Positions 28,455 through 42,619 of a stretch of DNA of 62,000 nucleotides are shown piece after piece. The notes below the pieces were generated by a model. The model was not told the DNA's origin. It did not search any database and saw only the letters and a program-made list of their open reading frames with translations. Position numbers and translations under genes: made by a program. Each line of letters starts with the position of its first letter. The stretch's first letter is position 1. The DNA comes from Octopus vulgaris (lineage: Eukaryota), in the NCBI GenBank assembly GCA_951406725.2, contig OX597822.1, positions 43,482,001 to 43,544,000 on the forward strand. Direction: 5' to 3'.

Positions 28455-28861
28455 TCATATGAGCGAGCAATAAAGAGAATCTTGAACGCGGAATAATTGT
28501 GGAGACAGCTTAGAAGATCGGCTAAATATCCTTAGAAGACGGAAAAATTGTGTGCTTCGAAAGGTGTACATCTCAGATTCCCGTGAAAATTCCGTATCGT
28601 TGAGGTAAACGACCCTTAACAACAAACTTCTTCTTTTATAACCCTAAATGATAGCTTTGGAATGTGAGAACATTTTCTTATAAAGAAAGTTAAATGCGCC
28701 GATCAAATGGTATTTTACAGAAAAGATAGGAGAGCTGGAAAGCAGAATAGCTATAAAATACCTTAGAAGCTTGGATACATACGCCTAGAAGAGGGAAGTA
28801 ACCACATACACACACACACACACACGCACACTTATATATGCATACATACATACATACATAC

Positions 28862-28914
<53 letters not shown>

Positions 28915-28949
28915 TATGAAATAGAGTCCAGAGTAATCCAGGAGTCTTT

Positions 28950-29161
28950 AACGTTTCGAGCCTACGCTCTTCCACAGAAAGGAACACAGAAAGAAACAAG
29001 GAGAGAAACAATCAGAGAAAAAATGTGTGTAGTGGCTACCGATCGATCATGGCCACTACACAGCTATCGGTAGCCACTACACACACATTTTTTCTCTCCT
29101 TATTTCTCTCCTTGCTTCTTTCTGTGTTCCTTTCTGTGGAAGAGCGTAGGCTCGAAACGTT
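28950..29161. repeat. Inverted pair of Neptune-type Penelope termini (~95-bp arms, 22-bp spacer), each with a variant hammerhead
   Basis: 28950-29043 is the imperfect reverse complement of 29066-29161. Each arm has CTGTGGA-A-GAGC gtag GCTC-GAAA-CGT. Confidence 0.8.
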
Positions 29162-29235
29162 TATGGCTTTTTCAATTCCCGAGCATTATGCTAATACATC
29201 TGTCTTAGTCTTTTGTATTTTTCGTGAATTCTCCA

Positions 29236-29328
<93 letters not shown>

Positions 29329-29499
29329 TGTATATATATATAGGTTATGAGAAGTAATGGCGTCATTGAGACCTAAAGGTGTCAGGTAATGCTGATTAAG
29401 TGCTTTAGATAGACCGAAGTTAAATTCCAGGTTCGGTGACTATGCGAATAAGGGGTTCAACGTTGGTCATATGTCAGCGTGTGTATATAAAAATTTTAT

Positions 29500-29830
29500 T
29501 TAGTAATGAGATAAAAAAAACAAGGCTGTGAAGATTTTAGAATATTTATCGATAGGTCCTTACAGCTATTTCCAGGATATTTATTATAATCCTTTCATCG
29601 GAGACGGTGTGTGAGGATGGTTATAAAATAGTTAATTTAGATAAGATATAAAATAGAGAGTGAGGTGGAGGATATAAAAGAAAATAGGTTTGAGATATGT
29701 AGGGATATAGCATTTGTAGATCTATTTTTAAAAGCAGAATGGTATACATGTAATATTCCAATACCTTATGAGTAAAATCCAATAGAATTTTTTAGTTCGA
29801 TTCAGCCCGAGGTTAGCTCATCATTTTTCA
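29500..29830 (-). mobile_element. Penelope-like terminus with decayed hammerhead at 29557-29605
   Basis: Minus strand reads GTCT-CCGATGA-A-AGGAT...ATCCT-G-GAAA-TAGCTG-TA-AGGAC. Confidence 0.5.
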
Positions 29831-30059
29831 GTCATTTGTTTATATTTAAAAATTGTTGCTTCAAATCGGAGAATAAGTATCATTATGATACATTGTATAC
29901 AGTTATTATACTATCAGCCTTCCATTGTAGCTTTCTCTCCATAACACGCAAAGCCTCTCGGTTTATGTATGATGCGATTCTTCAAAGGCATTTTAGATCA
30001 ATGTTAACCCTCTGCCGCCTTGTCTCATTTTAGCTAGATGCAGCCTACGTCATTGCTTA

Positions 30060-31100
30060 TGTGGAAATTGTGTGCTTGTCAGTATTTTTCGGGTTTTCAC
30101 ATCAATGGCTCAGATCTCATCAATCGTCCAATCATGCAGCCCAAATGTTGGTGAGCCACTGTTTTATTGGAAGCAGATACCTGTGAGGTTCAAATTGTCT
30201 TTATTCAGCTGTAATATTCTTTAGTGACACGTGTTACATGTGCCATTGGAAGACATGTTTTCATCCACCCCTAGATACCTGCAAAATTCCTCTCAGATAT
30301 AGGGGAACAAGTCAAGACATTAATGGAGACGTTGCTAGTCTGGTTTACAGTTTTTCCCTTTTTCACAACGATATAACAACATTTATCCTGACCTAACTTC
30401 AACCCTACATCTTTTGAGAATGTTGTAACCATGTCAAGGCTCTTTTTCATCTCGTGCATATTCTTTGCATAAAGTTTCGAGTCATTCACAAAGAAACAAG
30501 TGTGTAATTTTGGTATTTCTTTTTCCTTGTGAACTAATAAAATATCTTTCCGACTCCCTTAACATAAATAACAAGCGGTTTACAGAAAGTATAAACAACA
30601 TTCCAGAGGCTGTCTCCATGGAATATGCTTTCACGATACTGTATTCTATCAGTGATAGAATACAGTCACTCTTTATGTTTAATTTCAAAATGGTGGCCCA
30701 CGATGAAGTTGGATCAGCTATGGCTTTGACTATGTTCACTGGAACTTTATCAAATTTAAAGGCTTCTAGCATCTAGTGGGGAACAGACTCAAAAGCTTTT
30801 TTGTAGTCTAGCCACATTGAAACTAGGTTCCTCCTATGCTCTCGCACCTCCGACATCACAGTTTTGTTGATTAACAGTTGCTCGGCATATCCCCAGACTC
30901 TCTGCTTCCCAGGTGCTTGTTCTGCTGTGATGATGTTATAGGTTTCACAATAGTCCTGGAGGAAGAGGTTTAATCATGCTGTATATCTTATACATTAAGT
31001 TCTGGCATGCGATTGGCCGGCAGTTTTTTGCTATGTGGGTGGTTCTGCATTTGGGGATCAATTTTGCCTTTGCCAGAGCTAACCACTGTAGTATGCTACT
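30060..31100 (-). mobile_element. R4/Dong-like LINE RT fragment (decayed)
   Basis: RPIACQNLMYK...EQLLINKTV...MWLDYKKAFESVP...KITHLFLCE/DSKLYAK...FSKDVGLKLGQDKC...YLGVDE...IDVKTRKIL. Confidence 0.85.
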
Positions 31101-32810
31101 GCTCCCATTAAGATGGTACAGACAGACTGATAAGATAAGGTCGGTAGAGGGTTAGTGTCTTGTACCAATATCCATCAAGCAAGTCTCTTCGAACGATCGA
31201 TGCTGTATGCCATGCGTGTATGTATGTATGTATGTATGTATGTATGTATGTATGTATGTATGTATGTATGTATGTATGTATGTATGTATGTTTGTATGTA
31301 TGCATGCATGTATGCATACATATATGTATATGTATGTATGTATATTTGCATGCATGTATTTATGTATGTATGCATGCATGTATGTATGTATGTATGTATG
31401 TATGTATGTATGCATATATGTATATACGTATGTATGTATGCATGTATATATGTGCATATGTATGTATGCATGTATATATGTATGTATGCATATATGTATA
31501 TGTATGTATGCATGTATGTATGTGTGTATACGTGCATGCTTGTATGCATGCACATATGTATGTATGTGTTCCTTTTTTGCATTTGTCTCCCTATCATTGC
31601 TGGTATACACCTCCATAACTTAGAGATTCGGCGAAACGGACCGATAGACTAAATACTGGCATCGTTTTGTTCGACTAACTCCTACAAGCAGTGCTCCAGC
31701 TTCGTCGCAGTCCAATGACTATAACAAATAAAAGATGAAAGTCAACTCTATAGGAACGGTATGAACTTAAACACTATCGACAAAAACAACCGAGACCCCC
31801 AATACTTCTACCTACACCATTACAACAAACGTCATTAACGCTACAGATACCATCTCATCATATATTACTGTAGCCATCATCGTAGAGAAATCTATCACTA
31901 CTACAACTAACATTAAATGGACGTCTATGATTACTGTCATTAACACCATCATGAATATGAGACGTCTTGGCGCAGCCGTTTTGTCGCCGCCCATCTGGTG
32001 TCAATGATTCGACGCTGACTTATTTGACATCACACGTTTTAATGTTTCTTTTATTATAATGCTTTGCTCATTCTCTTCCTGTCTCTACCCCACCCTCTCT
32101 CTTTCTCGTTCTTTCTTTGTTTCTGTGTATGAGTATATGTGGGGACAGATTTGCTAAAGAATAGAACCAACGTTTTCTCTGCGTACTGTAAAAAGCAAAA
32201 AAAAAAAACCAGGTTGAGCTAGGCTTTTCACTTCGACATGGTAAAACTCTCACCTACAACCGCTACCCAAACAAGCCCATGGAATCGAGGGTTGTCACCT
32301 GAGTGATGCCAAGGTGTCAATCACCAGGAGTATGGAATAGCTGATAAATGAAGAGTGGGAGCGAGGCAATGTAATATTGGATGTCTCCATACCTGGCCTG
32401 AGATCATTTCTTTCTATATGACGAGAAGGAAGGTATTTACATAAATTATTTTCAATAAATGTATTGCTATATCTCATCCTGACACTCATTTTATCTGTGT
32501 GTGTATATTTTAGTGCGTGTGATTATGTGTCTGTGTTTGCCTTTGATGCTAAAAAGTACTGTCGCCAAACCAGGTTGATGATCACTCAACGGTACTAACT
32601 CATCTGCATCCAGTCAGCTGCGCCCAAACAGCTACGCTCAAAAAAATACGCCCAAACGGCTGCACCAAAACAGCTGCGCACAATAGTCTCATTCAGCACC
32701 TTCATTATACGCATGACAGATCTGGTAGAGTATTGGTCAAAATATATCGCAGTATTTACGCTCCTTGATATTCGAAGTTGAAATCTCTTCGGCATTGATA
32801 TGTATATACA

Positions 32811-32900
<90 letters not shown>

Positions 32901-33259
32901 TATATATATATATTTATAATCGATAAAATTAATTAATAATGTACTGAGAGATATTATATAGATTATAACCAAATTTGGAATGTATTATTCTAATAAATAT
33001 AAAGCAAAGTGTGTTTTTCAATTATATATTAAAAGTATTTTGCAAACACAAAATGCATTAACGAACACGTGTACGCATGTATGTATTTATACACACACAC
33101 ACACACATATGTACGCACATATATACATGAGTAAACATAAATACGAACATGTGTTTATACATAAATAAATAAATAAGTATATACATTGGCTTATCAAATC
33201 ACTGCCTGATTCTGCATATATATATATATATATATATAAGTATGTATAAGCATACATAT

Positions 33260-33291
<32 letters not shown>

Positions 33292-33786
33292 GTATGTATA
33301 AGCATATATATATATATATGTATGTATATATAATATATATTTAGATTGATATAGTTACACACACACACAAATATACACATAGGCAAACTTGCATATATAC
33401 TCACACACACGCATACACACATACACACACACATATATATATATATGCGCATGTATGCATAAACATAGACATAACTACATAGATGTGTGTTTGTACATAC
33501 ATAAATATATATACATACATACATACATAATTACACACATAGATGAATATATACATACACAAGCTTATCCAATCACTGCCTGGTTCTGCATGTGTTTTAT
33601 TCTCTCTTTTTTTTTTTTATTAATTACAAATATTCAGAAATAATTAATTGTATGTTCAGTTTGAATTCTTCCGTAATCAGGTGTTACGTAAAGCAGGGTG
33701 AGGGGGTATGTTCATCTCTTTCTCTCCTGGACTCATTATTTTGAACGTTATTTCGAACGACATCGCCATCGTCGTTGTCCTCGTCG

Positions 33787-33840
<54 letters not shown>

Positions 33841-34066
33841 ACGTCATCATCATCAACGTCATCATCATCATCATCATTATTACTATTTTTATAATGATTG
33901 CTAAAGCCACAACGTTCATCATAATCCTCATCATTATTTTTCGTATACAAACATGGGTTGAGATTATCAACGTAACAATCACCACCACCACCACCACCAC
34001 CACCGCCGCCGACGCCACACTACAATCAATCTCCTCCTCCCCCTCTTCCGCCTCCTTCTCTTCCAG

Positions 34067-34107
<41 letters not shown>

Positions 34108-34142
34108 AATTACCGTCATCACCGTCATCACCGTCACCATCG

Positions 34143-34178
<36 letters not shown>

Positions 34179-34721
34179 CTTTTGCAATTGTTGTTGTTCT
34201 ACACCGCCTCTTTATTCTTTTGAGCACTTCTTCCTCAACCTCTTCCTCTCCTCATCCTCCTTCTCCTTCTCCTTCTTCTTCTTCTCCTTCCTCATCTCAT
34301 TCTTCTTCTTCTCATTCATCTTATTGTTACTAATATCATCGTTGTTGCTGTTTATGCTACACTTTACTTCTTTGAGCTGGTACCTCACCAAAAGCCTGCT
34401 ATAATCCAATTAGCTGTTTTGGCAAATCCTGAACAAGGCTCCGTCTCTTAATTTAATCAAAACACAACTGCGATGCCATTTCCACGTTTCCGCTATAGAA
34501 TTGTTCCGCAATTTGAATTACTCAACATTTTACATATGTTGACTCTCTCTCACACACACAGACACACGCGCACACGCGCAGACTTATATAGATATATTTA
34601 TATGTATATGCATATATGTATATATATATATGCATATATCTGTGTGTATAGAGGCATATATAAATATGTGTTTGTATGTGTAAAAGCAAATATGTATATA
34701 TATATAATATACATACATACG

Positions 34722-34753
<32 letters not shown>

Positions 34754-34947
34754 CCGTATATTAGAAGTAAATAGGATTGAGGGCGCGAAAGGGAAAGCGA
34801 ATGAGAGATATGTATATAAGAATCATAATCACTAGCGCACACGCATGTGTGTGTGTGTGTGTGGTTGTATATATATATATATATGTCTATATATATATAT
34901 GTCTATATATATATATATATGTCTATATATATATATATATATGTATA

Positions 34948-34993
<46 letters not shown>

Positions 34994-35017
34994 TACATAT
35001 ATATATATGTATATGTC

Positions 35018-35060
<43 letters not shown>

Positions 35061-35473
35061 ATCTGGAAAACGAGCATAGAGATAAGAGCGTGCATCTTAA
35101 GATAAGTATTAATTTATATATTGATAAATATACACATATGTATATTTCCGTTCGGGTGTTTCGCTTTATATATATATATATATATGTATATTATATGTGT
35201 GTGCGTATAAATTCACATCTGCATGCACACTAGCGCACGCAGACTTGCATGTCTCAATATATATTTTTACATACACATGGATGTATGTGTGTATATACAT
35301 ATTTATTTAAACTTTCTGTTATTTGTGTACGTATGAATGCATTTTCTTACGCTGGCTGAACCAAGGTTATTTATACATCGCAGAAAATATATACACTCGC
35401 ATAAATATCTATATACGAACTTAAGCTCACAGGGACATAGAGAAAATAGAGAGTGAGAGAGAGAGCGTGAGCG

Positions 35474-35510
<37 letters not shown>

Positions 35511-35596
35511 GACAGAGAGTGAGAGAGAGTGAGTGAGAGCTTGAGAACTACCTCGGGTTAAATCTCAAAAGTATGTATCTATCTATCTAATCTATC

Positions 35597-35649
<53 letters not shown>

Positions 35650-35662
35650 ATATCTATCTATC

Positions 35663-35724
<62 letters not shown>

Positions 35725-36056
35725 TATACGAATAGATATGCATATACACTTGTTCATTAGCGTATTTGCAAAGTGCATTATGGAACCGTTATACCCCTTC
35801 CGCCTCATGGACCCAGCGTAGTGAACCTCAGTATTCTTTTCCCTCTCCCCGCTACCATAGCCAACCATGCAGTGAACCGAACACCCAAGCATCCCGGATG
35901 CTCCCACCCCCGACATCATTTTAGTTATTAATGGAATACTTTTATTGTCTACTCAAAGATCTTGGTATATTTTCGTTTTTTTTTTCACATTGGCACACAG
36001 ACACACACGAGTACATGCATGTGTTATTGTATATTGAGTTTGTTTTCAACATTGAC

Positions 36057-36117
<61 letters not shown>

Positions 36118-36384
36118 ATACAAGCGTGCTCCCACAAGCACACACGCATGTATATATACTTATTCACTCTCATTCATACCTAAATATACACAGGAAGACA
36201 CCGCACTCACAACTACACACCACCCAAATGCCTCTGGCCCATTCCATCACATCTATATATATACATATATACATACACACACATATATGTATATATATAT
36301 ATATATATATATCATATATACATACATATCTATATCTATCTAAATATATATATGTATGTATATATATATATATAAATACTATAT

Positions 36385-36415
<31 letters not shown>

Positions 36416-36444
36416 CATACATATATATATATATATATATACAT

Positions 36445-36533
<89 letters not shown>

Positions 36534-36653
36534 CATAACGTTCATCATAATCCTCATCATATACATATCTATACACATATATATAGAGATATATAGAGAG
36601 ATATATGTACGTGCACAATCTCTTTATGTATATATATTGATATGTATGTATAT

Positions 36654-36724
<71 letters not shown>

Positions 36725-37480
36725 TCGCTCTCGTTTATTTTCATTTCTCTATGAAACCAAGCATGCATTATGCAGAAATTCTTGGAATCATTAAACCAAA
36801 ATATATTTTTGCGAAATGAAATGTTCAAACAGAGTTAAAACAAACAAAACAAGAATATCAGCCTCGGCAACAACAACACCAACAAAATCTGGAACATAAT
36901 CATCATCATCATCAGCAGCAGCAGCAGCAGTACAAACAGCAGCCGCAGCAACAACCTCCAAGAAGTAAAATGTTATGTGGAGGAGACTAAAACTAGAGAT
37001 TAAATGGCTACGTGTCTGTTTCGTTACTAATCAGCGTTTTTTTGTTAATCTTCAGCATCATGATGATGATGTTTGTCATCATCATCATCATCATCATCAT
37101 CATCGTCGTCGTCGTCGTTGTTGTCCTCGTTGTCACCACCACCACCACCACCTCCACCACCACCACCACCACCACCACCACCATCATCATCATCATTATC
37201 ATCATCGTCGTCGTCGTCGACGTCATCGTTCTCGTCGTAGTCGTCGTCACAATGATCGTAATATTTCTGTTTTATACAAATATTGTTGCTAATATTTTAC
37301 CATATATTGCCAGTTATTAAATAACTCTCAAAAGCTATCGTTAACATAATTAAAAAAAAAAAAAACGGAAAATGTTTTATCAGTATTATTGAATAAAAAT
37401 CTAAATACGAACGAATACCACCACCACCACCACCACTACCACCATCATAATCATGCTCATAATTATTATTATTATTATTA

Positions 37481-37541
<61 letters not shown>

Positions 37542-37692
37542 TACTATTATTATTATTATTATTGTTGTTGTTGTTGTTGTTGTTGCTGTTGTTGTTGTTG
37601 TTTTGTTACTGATGTTGTTCTGATGCATCGTTGTTTTGCGGTAATTGTTCTGGCTCTTTATGTTCAGAGTTGGCCTTGTGCCTAAACTAGAG

Positions 37693-37788
<96 letters not shown>

Positions 37789-37789
<1 letters not shown>

Positions 37790-38880
37790 TCCATCTGCTG
37801 TCAACAGCTGCTGAATGGAGGGCTGGTATACCGTGGTTGCTGATGTGCAGATAGTCGCTGAGTTTGCGGCATCTCCAGCGTTTCTTTGACGGTGAGTAGG
37901 TGTGCTCACCGTTTGTAAGAGACACTTTTCCACAGCTCGTCAGTTTGACGGAGCTGCCTGGATTAGGCGTAGACCGAGGAGGGTCACTTGGCACCTCGAG
38001 TGCCGTGAAGCGCACACAACCCTTCGCTGGGCGGGCAATGCAGTCGGTGGTATTCCTACTCTAGCGGTCTATAGAGGGCTAGTGGAGGGAAAGTTCGACG
38101 ACGTTCTCGGGGAAACTCTGGGCATCGATGAAGATCAACTAACCGGTCTGTTTCGGAGAACTTTCGGCCCTGGGCCTATGGATAACTTACAGAAATCCCT
38201 TGCCTGGCAGTGCTACCGAGGGGCGCTGCCTGTTCGGATAAACTTTACAGGGACGGAAGTTCCGTCAGCCTGGCCTGCCCGAGTATTGCTGACCTGTGGG
38301 TTTATGTCGAACAGCTACTGTAGCGTGTAGGACAGACCCGGCTATCAGCTGAAACTTTTGTGAAAATTGTCCCGCCACCCATTTTTCGGCCGGAAGGAGC
38401 AGGCAATTTTTATTTGTCTAGTGGCTGTAGCGAAAGAGGTAGTATGGTGGACCCGTTTGAAAGGGCTAAAGACAGACACTTTCCTCTTTGGACAAGCCCC
38501 TCATCAACTTTTTCAAATTTCACTTGAAAAGGAAGTTGGGGTGGAGAGGGAAGTGTTGCTTTTTAGCAAGTTTATTGAAAGTTGGGTGAATGTTGGAAGA
38601 ATGGCCAGTGTGAAAGGACCAATTCTGAGCGTGCACCTATAAAAAGGGAATCAAAGGAGAAGGGCTCTTGCCCTATTGTTCAGGCACCCGTGGCTTTTGT
38701 GTGTTTTTCTACGAGGACCTTAAAGCGCATCCCTGATCGGGAGATTTAATTTGTCCAATTTTTATCGTTATTACATTGTGTACACACGAAAACCCATTGT
38801 ATCGTCCTGTTTTTGTCTTTTATGTTGTGGTGTGTCATTGAATGTTTTTGTATATGAGCCCTTATGGCTAATAAAAGAAT
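37789..38880 (+). mobile_element. 5'-truncated L1/Tx1-clade LINE (ORF2 C-terminus, 3' UTR, AATAAA) between (ATT)n tracts
   Basis: QKSLAWQCYRGALPVR (zf-RVT-like start)...IFICLVAVAKEVVWWTRLK...*. GC-rich body, then CTAATAAAAGAATAAA and (TTA)n. Confidence 0.7.
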
Positions 38881-38899
38881 AAATTATTATTATTATTAT

Positions 38900-40060
38900 T
38901 ATTCATCTTTCCACTAGTCTTTTTCCATTGCGTTGTTTCTTTGCATTTCCGAGTACAGCTTTCTGTCCCTACGCTGTGGTTTCGTTTTGATCTTATCTTC
39001 ATTATATTGAATGAGCACTACGTAAGATTTGTGCGGTGCCTAAAAGTACTCAATTCTGTATTTCATATGTACTCGTAAGCTCTGGTTATGTCCTTGTGTG
39101 TATGCGTTTTGGCCATAACTAAACCACCTGCTACTATAGAGATTATTTCTGTCTTCAAGCTACACATTCGAGTTATCTTTAATTCTAGATCCCTGTATTT
39201 CGGAAGTTTCTCCATTTCTTTTAGAAGTAAATTGTCATCTTACGGTACTGTAATGTCGATTACAAGGCATCGTTCCTTGGTGGACTCTGACAACATACGT
39301 TCGATTAGCCTTGCTCTCCCTATCTGTATGTATCAGCATAGCCCAGAGTATGTATGCTTTGTCTTTTTTTGAGACCTTTTTTCTGTGGTATGCCCTATTT
39401 CTCTCCGTTGGCATTCCATAGTGTTGGCACGAGTCCCATTGTATATAAATCCCATCTCTGTCGTGTCAGAGATGTATTGGCCAGACAAGAAAAAAATGAT
39501 TTATTATTTCTTCTCCATCACCACATATTACTCAATGACATATGTATTATTTATTATTTTTTTTTCGTCTTTTCTGACGAGGAGGCTTTGATCTTGTATC
39601 GCAATTAAGGATTCTTTAGGCTTTGACTTCAGCTCCGCGCTTCTTCAAACGTGTTGGCATGATTTCCTTCTCTCTTTTTCTTCTCTTTATCTATTCCTGA
39701 TTTTTGCTATGAAAGGACTTCTCTCGACATTGATCTGTCAAAACACATTGTAGCTAAAGATTTAGCATAGATCTTAGCGGCTTCACAGTGTTTTCGTTGT
39801 TTCTTCTTTTCCCCGAAACCATCAGTTATTGTCGACCCCTGCTCTGTAATTTACGACTTCCTTGAAGACAGAAAACAGTTGTTTGTTTTGTTCAGTAGCT
39901 ATTTATATTAGCTTTCCATGATTCTGCATTAGATATTTTTGCAGTTCTATGGTGGATGTTGTATAATATTTTTATTGTTTTACAAATCATCTACTGCTTT
40001 CAGTTCATGGTATGTATAATCTTTCTTTGTCAGATGTTGGATGATGTATTCTAAATGCAG
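38900..40060 (-). mobile_element. R4/Dong-like LINE 3' portion (post-RT region and REL endonuclease) ending in (TAA)n
   Basis: Minus strand gives HHPTSDKERLYIP..., ILWAMLIHTDRESKANR..., KEMEKLPKYRDLELKITRM (with frameshifts). The tail runs into (AAT)n. Confidence 0.7.
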
Positions 40061-40134
40061 TCATTATTTCCGTTCCCTTTCTGCTTAGTCTTGCTAGTCC
40101 ATTCATCATCATCATCATAAGTATCGTAATGTTG

Positions 40135-40207
<73 letters not shown>

Positions 40208-40214
40208 CAACAAC

Positions 40215-40255
<41 letters not shown>

Positions 40256-40261
40256 TAATAA

Positions 40262-40317
<56 letters not shown>

Positions 40318-40326
40318 GTTGTTGTT

Positions 40327-40740
40327 GAGTGAGAGAGTAGTGCATGCCCTCAAAGTGACACCGGGATAAAATATTCGATGCCTAGTATCCCCATCATAAG
40401 AATACACCAGGAATATACGTCATAACTATATGTGCGCGGCATGGTAATTTTATATCAACCTGAGCAGCGCATGATCTTGTAGGTAGGGCCCAGTTAAAAT
40501 CTTCTTCGGGTCGAGTAGTCCATCCCGCCCAAAAGATCGTTGAATAAGGTTTGTCTAAGGATGTTGAACAAAACAGCAATGTTCCCTGAGTTGAATTATT
40601 CAGACTCCAAACGATTCCTCTCAGCACATGGCTATGATGCTCCCCAACCAATTATGCCCGTGATCAGAGATGCACATATCGTCAGCCACTAAGGGGCGTA
40701 CTTAACTTGTTACGGTCAAACAACTGACAAGCAAATCTAG
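40327..40740 (-). mobile_element. Family D repeat, diverged copy
   Basis: Reverse-complement homology to 5449-5925, ending in (AAT)n. Confidence 0.7.
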
Positions 40741-41501
40741 TTCCGATGTTTTACAACCCTCTGGGGTCTGCAATGTGTTTCATCCTTTTATGATCAATGA
40801 AATAAAGTAACAACAACGTCCTGGCCCAATGGTATCGACTAACCCCTCCCCTCAAAACCGCTTGGCTTGTACATAGATTAGGAACCGATAAAAAGGAAGC
40901 GAACGGGAAGAATCGTTTGAGCTTCTGAAAAAATCCCTTGCTATTTTTTTTCCGTCTTTTAACGTCCGAAGTTGAAATGTTGTTCTCGTCATTGGCCTTT
41001 TATCCCTCTAAAGTCGATAAAATAAAGTACCAGGCTAATACTGGGGGTATGGGTAATGACTAACCCATCACCACAATATTGTTAGTTTTGTGCCTAAATC
41101 AAAACCAGTTTTTATGTGTATTAGCAGAGCTACAAACAAAATATCTCGCGTTATTTACTTATTGTGTTAATTAGCACAGCCCGTACAGCTCATATTCTAC
41201 AAAATATTCTGGCATATTCTATAGAATCATCACCCATTAGTATGGCGCTACTCCCAAACACATATTCAACGCTATCAATTCTCTCTGCTGTAGCACAACT
41301 CAGGAAGCACATTTTCAATAAAATCTCGGCCGAATTATATAACTTGCAGATCATATATATCTGTCGTAAAATCCAAACTCAACACGATCCACAGAACAAA
41401 CATTCTATCTGTCTGACACCTAACCCTAAAATATAATCAACGGATGTTAAAAAAACTCAGGCATTTCTCAATGTAGAAATAATACATTTCTAAATCTCCT
41501 A

Positions 41502-42084
41502 GAGAGATTTATGCAGCAGCAGCACGGTAAAGTGATAGTATGTTGTCAACTTAATGTGACAGTCCCATGAAAGGGAAGAATGCTACTGTTATTTAACCCT
41601 AGGAAACACCGTTTCCTGTTGGACTTGACACATTTCCTGTGTCCTTATGTTTTCAAAGGAGAGATAAAAACCTCCACCCAGCAAAACCAGCAACCAGAGA
41701 CTAATTTCAGAGTCATTGCTCAAAATCAGTGTGGAGTAGATTCGCCTGCTAGATGTCGATATCTATCCACCTGTGAAAACATATATATTTCAAGTGAAAT
41801 ATACATGTTTTCAAGAGCGGATTGGCATCGACAAGTAGTAAGACATGCTACACCACACTAATGATGAGCAATGACTTTGAAACTAGTCTCTGGGTGTTGG
41901 CTTTGCTGACTGGAGGTGTTTGTCTCCACTTTGAAAACATAAGGACACAGGAAATGCGTCAAATCCAACAGCAAACGGTGTTTCCTAGGGCTAAATAACA
42001 GCAGCATTCTTCCCATTCATAGGACTGTCACATTACGTTAACAACATTTTATACTGTATCCTGCTGCTATTGCATAAATTTCTC
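41502..42084. mobile_element. ~580-bp fold-back element (MITE-like; arms pair imperfectly along their whole length)
   Basis: Continuous imperfect self-complementarity from GAGAGATTTATGC/GCATAAATTTCTC inward to a TTC-AAGT-GAA loop at about 41793. Confidence 0.7.
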
Positions 42085-42619
42085 AATTTATATCACAATT
42101 TCAACGAGCCAATGACATATTATTTCAGGTCAGTTTTTTATGCAATCACGCTGTAATGATTGAAATAGTTATACACTGGACAACATAGTACTGATATTCC
42201 AGCAATTTCACCTTCGATTTGAGTATTGCATTGTCTTTTGTGATAGCGCGTGCGCATGGATTTAAACTGATTTCGCCTATTTGGAACGCTTCTTGGAACA
42301 CGTTTTGCCTTGGGTTGGTGCATAATTATGGCGCTTTTTTTTAAACAAATTTTATTCAACAACAACAATAACAATATTTAACAAAAGCATCTTTAAGTGA
42401 CGATCTGATCATCTGCTAAGCAAATGGGAAGCAGTAATTGGAGTAGATGGTGAATATGCTCCGGAATAATCATTTAAAGATGTTTTTGTTACGTGTTGTT
42501 ATTGTTTTTGTCAAATGCACCAACCCAATAATTTGTGAATATGTTTTATAATATTATGTAGTGATTGCACAGAATAAGTGCTACGCTATATTTTTCAGTA
42601 TGTTACAATACCAAGACAT

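Noticed and set aside
39575-39650. CTGACGAGGAGG...GCTCC as a possible hammerhead
   Set aside because: Lacks GAAA after the stem and lies within an R4/Dong-like ORF relic on the other strand.
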